DNA of 34,217 nucleotides from Octopus bimaculoides (lineage: Eukaryota), in assembly GCF_001194135.2 (NCBI RefSeq), contig NC_068992.1, forward strand, positions 51,721,622 to 51,755,838, given 5' to 3'. A model generated the notes under the pieces. That model had not been told where the DNA came from and searched no databases. It saw nothing but the letters and a program-made list of their open reading frames with translations. Of the stretch, positions 24,425 to 34,217 are shown one piece after another; position 1 is the stretch's first letter, and every line of letters starts with the position of its first letter. A program made the position numbers and the translations under genes.

Positions 24425-24748
24425 AGCTCCCGTGCTGGTGACACGTAAAAAGTACCATTCGAGTGTGATCATTGCCAGCACCGCCTGAATGGTCCCCATG
24501 CCAGTGGCACTTAAAAGGCACTATTTATGCATAATCAGTGCCAGTGCCACCTGACTATCTCCTGTGCCGGTGGCACATTAAAAGCATCCACTACACTGTT
24601 GTAAGGAAGGGCAACCTGCTGTAGAAATCTTGCCAGATCAGATTGGAGCCTGCTGCAGCCTTCTGGCATCCCAGTCCTCAGTCAAACCGTCCAACCCATG
24701 CCAGCATGGAAAGCAGACGTTAAAAAATGATGATGACGATGGTGATGT
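24425..24748 (+). mobile_element. RTE-tailed SINE (family C)
   Basis: Colinear with 15450-15770, including the internal units and the GAT tail. Confidence 0.88.
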
Positions 24749-24822
24749 AGAATAAGAAAAATTTTATGGTATTTATGGGCTTGTAAATATATCTCTTAGC
24801 ATGAACAATGTATTCACCACAA

Positions 24823-25345
24823 TCATCATCATCATTGTTTTACATCCGCCTTCCATGCTGGCACGGGTTGGACAGTTTAACAGGAGCTAGCCAAGCAGAA
24901 GACAGCACCAGGCTTCTGTGTCTGTTTTGACACAGTTTTTTTAGGTTGGGTACCCTTCTTAACACCAACCATCCTGTAGAGTAGACCAGGTGCTTTTTAC
25001 GTGGTACTAGCATAGGCAGGGTCATCAAGTAACTTGCAAACCAAGGAATCTTTGAGAGAGATGGGGACATTAGAGAAAAGGATCATGTGTTAGATGATGA
25101 AAAGTTAGAATGTGACAAAGAGACAGAAACAAGTGTCTTGTTGTAGAGGGGGTACATGGCGAGAGAGAGGGGGGATGTTAACAAAACAGAGGACAGAAAC
25201 AGGTGTGCTGTTGTAAAAGAGATGCATGGTTACTCAGCCAGAGGGAAGAGCAAGAGAAGGAGAGGGAGTGAGAGAAAGCGAGAGTGCAAGGGAGAGCAGG
25301 AGAGAGATGGTGGTGATGCCAGGGTATGTTCACACGTGAAACACT
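24823..25345 (-). mobile_element. RTE-type LINE/SINE 3' region, minus strand
   Basis: (CAT)n and catccgccttccatgctggcacgggttggacag tail, followed by a purine-rich segment with an internal duplication (gacagaaaca(a/g)gtgt...ttgta); the tail is well supported, the extent beyond about 25010 is less so. Confidence 0.65.
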
Positions 25346-26142
25346 GACTGACTCATATTTTAGTAGTGGTAGTAGTTGCAGACAATTACGATTAAAATGC
25401 TGTTAGTTAAAGAGGGCTGATGGTGTAGATTCTGTTTGAACCCTATATATTTTTGGCTTGGCTTGGACCTCTATTCTAATAATTCAAAAACTTGAATTAT
25501 TTCCTAGTGGACCAAACTGACAAAACACATTTATTTCATCAATTTGGAATCGATCTTTGGTAAAGCATGGCTGTGTCCTTGACTGCTTCACTTACATTTT
25601 TGTAATAATGTATTCAAATAACGACGTTCTTTCCCAGTCTTAATACTAACTAGAACAGATAAATAATCTTGATTTGCATGAAATCATTTCTCTGCATGTG
25701 CAATATCAATCACATTTAGATTTCATAGACAAAGCTCTTCCATCTTCAATCCTATCCTCCCTCATCTCTGTAAAACAGATTTCTTTTTTAAGGTTTGTCT
25801 TCTAATAGCTGTTGCATACATGTTACACAAGGTCAGCTTCTTCTTTTATGATACAATGGTTTCCATAGCAGTAGATGACGTACAAATTTGTCTTTTCTTT
25901 GCTAACAATGTCCCTCAAACTTAAGCCTGTGTTGTTTGATGGCTCCTGTTAGTAATGGTGTATGTATCCATATGATACACTGTTTGATAAATGTTGCTCC
26001 ACCATTTCACTTTCCTTAAAATATTAGTGTATATTCCATTTAGACTGCTCTTTGTTGCTTTTATAAGCATCCTGTTGCAGAAAGCAAAGCATGATTGATT
26101 GATCATACTTATATTTTATGGAGTATGCTAGTATTGCATAAC

Positions 26143-26500
26143 TGGCACCTGTACCAGTGGCACATAAAAAGCACCCTTTGAGTATTGGGCCTCAGAGTGG
26201 CATTGACAAATGACCGAGACCTTTGGCAATATGCCATGCTTGAGAAGAAGACCCATCAAGTCAAGTGGAATCATAATCATGGCAAATATTGGTGTCACAC
26301 AACTGGCACCTATGCCAATGGCACGTAAAAGCACCCACTGCACTCTTGGAGTGGTTGGTGTTAGGAAGGGCATCCAGCCATAGAAACCATGCCAAATCAG
26401 ACTGAAGTCTGGTGCAGCCCTCAGCTTCCAACCCTGGTCAAACTGCCCAACCCATGCCAGCATGGACAACGGATGTTAAAAGATGATTATGATGAAAAAG
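26143..26500 (+). mobile_element. Family C element retaining the last codons of RTE ORF2
   Basis: gaccgagacctttggcaatatgccatgcttgagaag = DRDLWQYAMLEK, like the DR..WR.....(E)K end of RTE ORF2; followed by the family-C body and tail. Confidence 0.8.
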
Positions 26501-26514
26501 ATTATGAAGTAGTT

Positions 26515-26660
26515 AAAAATATACTTCTCAGTCACATGGTTTCAGGTTCAATTCTACTGTATTGCACTGTGGGCAAGTGTCTACAATAGTCTTGGGCCAA
26601 CCATAGCATTATGTGTGTTTGGTAGATAGAACCTGAACAGACCCAGTCACACATGTGTGT
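26515..26660 (+). mobile_element. SINE family A head fragment
   Basis: cacatggtttcaggttcaattctactg...gggcaagtgtct. Confidence 0.7.
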
Positions 26661-26765
26661 GTTTGTGTGCATGTGTGTATCTGTTTGCATGTGTGTGCAT
26701 ATATGTGTTTGTGCATGAGTGTGTGTGTGTGTGTGAGTATGTGTGTGTGCATGTGCACATATGTA
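26650..26765. repeat. Degenerate (TG)n microsatellite
   Basis: Directly visible. Confidence 0.9.
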
Positions 26766-26879
26766 AGCAAGAGAGAGAGAAAATGATCCTACATACATTG
26801 TCTATAAAAGAAATTGAAGACATCATAATCTCAGCTCTGGAATGCCTTTCATGATAACTCTACCCAATCAGGATCAATT

Positions 26880-26932
26880 GTTGTTGGTGGTGGTGGTGGT
26901 GGCGGTCATGTTGGTGGTATTGGTGGTGGTGA
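26880..26932. repeat. (GGT)n repeat
   Basis: Directly visible. Confidence 0.85.
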
Positions 26933-27735
26933 GTAGCTAAAACACAACAAGCATACCCAGGCCACGAGTTACTCCTGATTTATTCACTTACAGTCAGACA
27001 ATCAATACCTACCAACTATACTAGTCTATAACCAAAAGAAAACAACTAACACTAAAAATAAAAATAAATTTCTTAAAAATTCATTTCAAAAAAGACTTCA
27101 TATAATAAAGGTAAAGTACGTTCCCAGTTCAATGGTTTCTTATATTGAATCAATATGTTAGCAGTATTACTAAATGGAAATAGTTATATGAAAAACGTTT
27201 TAAAAACTTCAAGAGAATGCAACTAGTCTAAGACCACCAACACCATCCTAATATCTTACCTTCTGATTTCATTTTCTCTTAATATCAGTCGTCTTTTATG
27301 TCATTATTTATCACTATAATCTTAGAATTGGTCACTGATTCTGTTTTGATAACATATTTGTATGTCTGGAAACTTAGACATTAGGTTGATGTGTTTTCCT
27401 TCAGTTTCATAACATTAGTTTTGATCCAATTTTTGAACTTAACAGTTTATGTTAAGCAATTTATTTTTTGTCTCTTGCTGTATTGAATTACCACATTTCT
27501 TCAGTGAAATCTTTTTATCTTTTAAGAAATTGATGTTTTGAAATGTTCTATTGTAACATTTAAAAAAAAAAAATTCTTTTTTTATCTTTTTCTTTTCCCA
27601 AAATAATGGTATACCATAAAGAGAAATTTTGCAAAGCACATAGTGGGAACTGACAAATTATAGCGTTGAAGTTAATGTAAATTACAAGTACATCAGTAGA
27701 TCTAGGTTAGAAATACAGTAGTAACTTAGTAGATG

Positions 27736-28030
27736 TGTGGCGGCACAATGGCTCAGTGGTTAGGGCAGCGGACTCGTGGTCATAGGATCGCGGTTTCGAT
27801 TCCCAGACCAGGCGTTGTGAGTGTTTATTGAGCGAAAACACTTAAAGCTCCACGAGGCTCTGGCAGGGGATGGTGGCGAACCCTGCTGTACTCTTTCACC
27901 ACAACTTTCTCTCACTCTTACTTCCTGTTTCTGTTGTGCCTGTAATTCAAGGGGTCAGCCTTGTCACACTGTGTCATGCTGAATATCCCTGAGAACTACA
28001 TTAAGGGTACATGTGTCTGTGGAGTGCTAG
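27736..28030 (+). mobile_element. Young tRNA-derived SINE (family H) with intact Pol III boxes
   Basis: A box tggctcagtgg (27748-27758), B box ggtttcgattcc, CpG retained; non-tRNA body follows. Confidence 0.85.
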
Positions 28031-28095
28031 CATCATCATCATCATCATCATCACTATCATAATCAGTGCCATCATCATCATCATCATCACTATCA
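28031..28095. repeat. (CAT)n repeat, probably a decayed RTE-type tail
   Basis: Directly visible; followed by tttacatctgcttttcatactgacatgg. Confidence 0.85.
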
Positions 28096-28753
28096 CCATT
28101 TACATCTGCTTTTCATACTGACATGGCTCATACAGGTTGTCATGACAACAACTTTAAAGAATATATTGGGTGTATATATTGGGTGAAAACAGCTTCTGTT
28201 CGGTTTACTATTCCACATGAGAAAAAAACAGGGCTTACTATTCTCTATTGTCCCTGTGTATTTAAGTCAAAGTTATCATATTACTACATTCTCACCATTA
28301 TAAGAAGCCCTCAAAGTTTCTCCATTTGACTTGTGTACTCCCAAAAGTTTAGAAATTCCAAGAGGTATGACAGCCTCATAACCAAATCTCAAGTTCTGCT
28401 TCTATACCTATATACAAATAATATTTCTTTTACAGACACACAAAACTTCTAGAGAAGGAAGTTGAATGTCTCTTACAGTCTGCTTGTGTAGCAATGATGT
28501 TATCAAGTTTCTGCTATGTTTCCACCAATACATCAATATCACCGACGTTATTGGTTTATTTCTACCAAATACTCCAATGTTAGTACCTACTTATAGGTAT
28601 TTTTTCCAATACATCATCGTTACTAACATGTTACAGCTATATGTTTAACTATTTATCAATATTACTGTTATATTTTCAGAAATAGATTGATCTTATTGTC
28701 TCATTACAGAAAAATATCCACAAATCCATCAATGTTATTATTAATGTATTACT

Positions 28754-28791
<38 letters not shown>

Positions 28792-29054
28792 GAAACAAAT
28801 ACACAAAAAAACCCCATATTTTTACCAATATATCATTATTATAATCGAGTGACATTTACATTTTTAACAATAGATCAATTTTTCCCATGAATTCACCATT
28901 TTATTTCTATCAATATACATATTTACACAACAGATTTATTTCAAACACTACAGGAATATTACTGCTATGTTACTGCAAGATTACATACAATGCATAAACG
29001 TTTTTCATGTTACTGTTTGATTTTATGACCATATTTATGTTACTGTCAACTTAC

Positions 29055-29095
29055 ATCTGTATTTCAAGCAATAGATCACTGTTTCTGTCATATTC
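29055..29095 (-). CDS. Tentative exon of the minus-strand chain (EYDRNSDLLLEIQ(I), phase 0 to 2)
   Basis: Acceptor gatgttttagag|G, donor GAT|gtaagt, open frame. Confidence 0.27.
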
Positions 29096-29340
29096 CTCTA
29101 AAACATCATCGCTCTGTTTGTTCATTTATTTGCTTTACATCTATTTGTCCATGCTAGCATGAGTTAGATGAATATATTATTGAACCAGTGTTTCGCATCT
29201 GGATGCCCTTCCTGTAACTAGGTCATTACTTTTTTATTTTTGAGTAAGCCAATTCTTATTTTACACATAGCCAAAGATATGAAGTGAGTGATTTTCATAA
29301 AGCACAAAATGTAAATAAACACATCAACATATATATGTAT

Positions 29341-30076
29341 AGGGCTTTCCTATAAGTAGGTTATCTCCCTTGGCTAGGCGGCGCTCCATGTAGATAATTA
29401 AACTTCCGGAGGCTAACCCACGCCATTGTTATTGTTTTACATTTTATCATGGATATAAAGCAGCTTGATAATTCAGCTATCGAAGTACTTACTGTGCCTG
29501 AGCTAAAGAGATATTTAAGATTATATGGACAGTATGTTACTGGAAGAAAGGCGGACTTGATTGAAAGGTTGAAAGGTATAAAAATTCTGTCGATGAAGAA
29601 TGTCAACAAAGTAAATTCATCGGACGATAAGTCTGAAGTATCGGACGATACTTCAGACAGGAATAAGCAGAAGCTTATATCTCCTCTCGGTGAAGTATTG
29701 CCTGATCTAAAGATCTTTGTAAGTTGCCGAATTTCACAGATAATGACATAATTACCTCGTGCTACGGATGAAAGCAAAGCAAAGCAACAATTAAGGAGTG
29801 GCATATTTTACCACGACAGACACGTACACAACATCGAATACCACGATATGAGTGAAAGCTGCTCTCACTGTATTGTCCGGTGTCTGGTAATCCCTTCGAT
29901 ACCGACATCAAACCCCAAAAAAGAATCCTAACCACAGAGTTTGGGTAATTATGTCAAATGTCACTGGCAATGTGCATTCAGCTGATTGCAACTGTTAAAG
30001 CAAGTCCCTGAGCATGCGTACATGTCATACGGGAGAGTTCCAATCAGGGGTGGATAACACCTTATAGGAAAGCCCT
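29341..30076 (+). mobile_element. 736-bp TIR DNA transposon deletion derivative, probably ISL2EU/PHIS-type
   Basis: Perfect 16-bp TIR AGGGCTTTCCTATAAG (29341-29356) and CTTATAGGAAAGCCCT (30061-30076), with an imperfect extension (gttatc..ccc); AT (or TA) duplicated on both sides; internal SAP+SWIM pseudogene. The element is certain; the superfamily is inferred. Confidence 0.88.
29449..29998 (+). pseudogene. SAP-domain plus SWIM-type zinc-finger protein, frameshifted and truncated (transposon accessory gene)
   Basis: LTVPELKRYLRLYGQYVTGRKADLIERL is a canonical SAP helix-extension-helix; after small indels it reads LPNFTDNDI/NYLVLRMKAKQQLRSGIFYHDRHV...IVRCLVIPS.../HRVWVIMSNVTGNVHSADCNC, the start of the SWIM CxC motif. 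Confidence 0.85.
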
Positions 30077-30137
30077 ATACACAAATATGATTATTATGAT
30101 TACTCCATTACTGCTGCCGTCACTGCCATCACCTTAA

Positions 30138-30640
30138 CTTTTTCTGCCATGTATTTTTCTCTAGCGACTATGATTCTGCCATGGCTAATTAAGTCATCTC
30201 TTTAATGGAAACCGTCTGTTACTTTTAGAGAGCCTTCTAAGCATTTGAAAGAATTTTATTTCACAGATTTTTGTTGCATTTTATTGCAACTAACTACACT
30301 TGTGCATCTGCTATGTACAAAATCTCTCTTCCTTACCAGCATGCTTGTAATCTCAATGCACCTCTTATGTTACCTTTATTAACATATGGTATACTTTATG
30401 GAATTCTTACCTTTTGATCTTCTGCATATCAAGCATGACCACATCCCAGGTGGCTCTACAACCATATCTTCTTAATTGAAACATTTTATCTTTGCTTGGT
30501 TTACTCTCAGATCTTTCAAATCTGTACATTGCTTTCATTTTTAGAATTACTACTCTCATTCTTTCATTCTTCAACAGATTCAGTTATGAGAACCAAGTCA
30601 TCAGAATGTATGAATTCCTGTAAACATCTTGTCTTCAACA
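30138..30640 (-). mobile_element. Decayed RTE-clade LINE ORF2 fragment (RT YADD region and downstream Cys motif)
   Basis: Minus strand: KTRCLQEFIHSDDLVLITESVEE (cf. KTGCPWELLYADDLVLIAES), LKDLRVNQAKIK (cf. GLRVNLAKTK), WSCLICRRSKGKNSI, HKRC; many stops and frameshifts. Confidence 0.85.
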
Positions 30641-30701
30641 AAGACAGACAAAGACAAAGCAATATATACCTGCATATTAAATTCAATGCTGAACTAGTTA
30701 C

Positions 30702-30806
30702 CAATTTTTTCCTTGCTGAAGGCGTTGCAGTACATGACTTATAAAACTTCCACGCGCCATCAACATTCAGTAACCCTACGCCATCCTGAACAACATCCTG
30801 AAAGTT
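30702..30806 (-). CDS. Tentative exon (105 nt, NFQDVVQDGVGLLNVDGAWKFYKSCTATPSARKKL, phase 0 to 0)
   Basis: Longest and most protein-like candidate; acceptor ctatttaatacagtag, donor TTG|gtaact; CpG retained; family not recognised. Confidence 0.4.
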
Positions 30807-30999
30807 CTACTGTATTAAATAGAACTGGCTCTGTAGTTGTTTCTTTTTAGAGCATCTTCTTTGGATGATGCTGATACCAGTCATTAGGAATGCCTCTTGC
30901 ACAACCCAATTTTTCAGTGTGCTACTTTGCTCAGTATTTTTAATGTCTCAGTGGCCATCCCTCATGATCAGCTGATTTTTTTTTTTTTGTATTTTTATA

Positions 31000-31170
31000 T
31001 CCAGGTGTGGCTGTGTGGTAAAAAGTTTGCTTCTTAACCACATGTATCTGGGTTCAGTCCCACTGCATGGCACCTTGGGCAAGTTCTTTTTACTATAGTT
31101 TCAGGTTGACCAAAGACATGTGAATGAACTTGGCAGATAGGAACTGAAGAAAAAGCCAGTCGTAAGTGTG
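31000..31170 (+). mobile_element. SINE family A head/core
   Basis: caggtgtggctgtgtggtaaaaagtttgctt...gggttcagtcccactgcatggcaccttgggcaag. Confidence 0.88.
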
Positions 31171-31245
31171 TGTGGGTGCATGTGTGTGTGTGCGCGCGCG
31201 CGTCTTTGTGTGTGCGTGTGTGCATGTATATATATATATATGAAG
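31165..31245. repeat. (TG)/(CG)/(TA) microsatellite
   Basis: Directly visible. Confidence 0.9.
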
Positions 31246-31968
31246 GAAATGTTCTCTATGTGGCCTGTGTGTTTTCTGTGCTCTGTTTATGTTCTGTTAT
31301 TCATTTTGCCCACGTTTTCTTGTGACGTCCTTTACCCAGATATGCATCTATATATACACGTAAATGTAGGTATGTACATACATGTACGTATATATGCATA
31401 TACTCACATATTATTTATATATATATTTATATATAGATGCAAAGATGCACGCAAATATGTGTCTAAGTATGCACTCATACACACATACACACAGTGATTT
31501 TGTGTGCATGTATAGATGTGTGTCTATCAACCCATTTTGGTCATGTGCAAAAATCAGTGCTTGGCTAGGAATCATAATTTAAAGATTCAATATAAATAGC
31601 TATCAATAAGATAAATACTAAACTGAAATATATCCTGGGTTGGGATGTCAATGCTATTAACTAAAACTCTGGAATTATGTAGCTGTAGCCCAGTGCTTGA
31701 AATCAGTAAAAGCAAATATTAAACGAGGTTAATTCTTTGTCTTTCTTATGTCAATAGTTCTAGCATGTAAATAATAATTGATTAGAATAGTGAACACGAA
31801 ATTTGCAAGCTTTCAAAGATACTCCCTTCCTTCAATCTAGAACCATTTGGAGTTTACAGCAACAGAATCAACTGATTTCTTAAAAAAAAAGAAAAAAGAA
31901 AAGGACTAAATGAAGAATCATAGAAATCTCTCAAGTTTCACTTGATTCCTCATATCACTTTACCATAC

Positions 31969-32006
31969 ATGATCTAAGATATTATTTTTTAGAGACCTCT
32001 TCGGAA
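31969..32006 (-). CDS. Tentative exon ((V)PKRSLKNNILDH, phase 1 to 0)
   Basis: Very strong acceptor ctcttcctcttctttttcgtttttcttgccag, donor CAT|gtatgg. Confidence 0.33.
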
Positions 32007-32908
32007 CTGGCAAGAAAAACGAAAAAGAAGAGGAAGAGCTGAAACCGTTTTTTTTTTCCTTTTTTCCTTTTTTTGTTTTGTCTTTCCACTTTATGTTACT
32101 GCTTTTAGAGAGGACCATTTCTTCAGCTATACCAAGTTTTATGTATCTTTAATCCATAGCAAACTAACCATAATAGAAAAAGACAATTTCTGATGCTATA
32201 TATAGAATTCCTTTAATGAGAATAGAAATGGATCTGATCCATTTCAGGATCACAATCTTATCTAAACAAACTTCTGGCAAAGTAATCAACTTAAAAGCAT
32301 TAGAATATATCTTTAGATGTTGGTCTTCTTTAAGTTGGTGATACTTCAAGAGAACACTTCACATTCTAGTTTTTATTAACTTCATTTTTCTGTATTTTTG
32401 TAAGAAGAAAAAGCACATTCATTTAGTATCCTTTGTTAAAAAAATATTTTCTTTTTTTATCTCAGCTGAATAAGGTGGGTGAGAGAACATTCTGCTTTTT
32501 GATATTGTGTGTAAAATTAGAATGTACATGAAGCAAAAACAGAATGTAAAGAATAAAGGAAAATCTGATTGTGAATATATTTAAAAATTCTAATTATTCT
32601 TGCCTATCACAGGAGAGAAATTTCTATGAGAGAGTATAGAATTATCTGTGCACAAATTTCACTTTAGAACAGCACAACAATTATTTTGCATTTCAGAGCA
32701 TATGATGCAGTGCCATACCAAACAGAATGTTAAAGTGCCAATCAAATTGTGCAATTACAGCAGTTTCCTCCACAAAGAAACTGAAAATACATATTATGAC
32801 ATGAACGCTTTGTAATTTTCAAAAATATTTACTTCTTTATTAATTTATTCTTTATAGAGAATAGATCTGCTTCAATAAACTTCACATCCACCTCCCCGCA
32901 ATGCATAC

Positions 32909-33004
32909 CAAAATAAAGAGAAAATATTTTTATTGTTTTTATTTCTCTCCACATATGTAGTGCTTTCATTTCCATTTGTTCATGATATTTCAATGAAATA
33001 GTTC
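32909..33004 (-). CDS. Tentative exon (TISLKYHEQMEMKALHMWREIKTIKIFSLYF, phase 1 to 1)
   Basis: Acceptor atgttgccatag|G, donor TTG|gtatgc; lies inside the 67-aa ORF 32829-33032. Confidence 0.3.
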
Positions 33005-33917
33005 CTATGGCAACATTGATTGTATTCTTCATAATTATCTCAATAATATTCTATTCTAGTTTGGCTCACATCTCACCTGTTCAACTTTTAATGAGACTGT
33101 TTTGAAATGAAATTTAGTTGAATGTGTTTATTTTCTCAAGTTTTAATATGTAGACTACGTTCTGTCTTAGTACCCAAAGCAGATCCACAAACCAATCACT
33201 AAATAGAAATACACACATTGTACATCATTAATCAAGAGCTGGCTACAATACAAAATAAATTAATTTATAAATATGTCCCACTGCTGTGGGCACAAACAGG
33301 TTTTATGGAAATTGTGTATAACTTGGGAAAGATAATAGAAAATTCCTACATGGATATGAACGTCTGCTTTTCTGAAATTGATATATCTGAATGGGAACAG
33401 GGGCTGTATCATAAGTATAACAAGGAATTATGATAAATCTTAGTACAAAAGAGAACATTGTTCCTGTAGGGAAAACAGCAACATTTTTTTCTATTTTGAG
33501 CCCATATTAAATTTTCTATTAATTTCACTATTCCGTCCAAAGAACACAGGTTTGGAGAATCTTGGATTCTCGTGAGTCTAGAAAGTATTCATTTTGAAAG
33601 ATAGGAAATAATGTTGGTTCACATAACAGAAAAGTTCTGACAAGGGTTGCAATAATAATGCTTGTGTTTTGACTCCCAAATGTAAAAGATACCAATTTCA
33701 AATGCAAATGTAAGTCATTGGAATAGCAAAAGCCTTCGACAGCATTCATTGCAGTCTTCACATTCTGAGATGACATGTCTGTCATGACAGGGCGAGTGAG
33801 GAATGGGTATGATGGGTGAGAGACTCAATGTAAATACATTATACATATCAACATCCATCTCCTCCACCATTTATTTAGCAGCCATTTTTCCATTCTTGCT
33901 TGTTGTCAGTTGCTAAA

Positions 33918-34025
33918 GTCTGTCTATCTATCTATCTATCTACCTACCAACCTACCTACCTACCTGCCTACCTACCTACCTACCTATCTATCTATCTATC
34001 TATCATTCTGTCCATCCATCCATCT
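33918..34025. repeat. (CTAT)n/(CTAC)n/(CCAT)n tetranucleotide repeat
   Basis: Directly visible. Confidence 0.93.
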
Positions 34026-34217
34026 GTCCAACACTCGCATATAAAGAGCCGCTACTTGGTCTGGTCACACAGTGTGCTAGAAATAACAGATGATTCTAAC
34101 TGATACATCATGTTTTTTTTAAATAACCCATTTGATAGTTTAGCCCAGGGAATATTATAACAGAAATAATTAATACAGTTAATTTAAGAGATGAGGAATT
34201 ATGTACATTATTTACAT

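Noticed and set aside
25596-25649. Minus-strand exon-like segment SIKTGKERRYLNTLLQK with good splice sites
   Set aside because: Cannot be placed in the minus chain without a phase clash or a stop; left unassigned
27736-27812. tRNA gene
   Set aside because: A and B boxes are present, but I could not form a proper acceptor stem or cloverleaf, and a SINE body follows
29361-29804. 147-aa minus-strand ORF
   Set aside because: Antisense shadow of the SAP-domain frame
33218-33433. 71-aa plus-strand ORF
   Set aside because: No domain recognised, weak start, no splice support

Overview
AT-rich, repeat-dense eukaryotic DNA with three assembly gaps (6795-6956, 13386-14064, 17108-17713) and many microsatellites. 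The repeat families look like those of Octopus (inferred from sequence style). No long intact gene is present, and almost all ORF-track entries are artefacts of N gaps, microsatellites or SINEs. Four things are well supported. (1) A 736-bp CpG-rich DNA transposon derivative at 29341-30076 has 16-bp perfect TIRs and a 2-bp AT/TA target duplication, and carries a frameshifted SAP-domain plus SWIM-type zinc-finger gene, most like an ISL2EU/PHIS accessory ORF. (2) There are two Tc1/mariner relics; the terminus plus flank of one is locally duplicated 3.6 kb away. (3) A decayed RTE LINE reverse-transcriptase fragment lies at 30138-30640. (4) About 30 SINE copies fall into at least five families, several in inverted pairs and some with swapped 3' modules. 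Two tentative chains of very small, phase-compatible exons (one per strand) may be host genes. They were found by eye and have a real false-positive risk.
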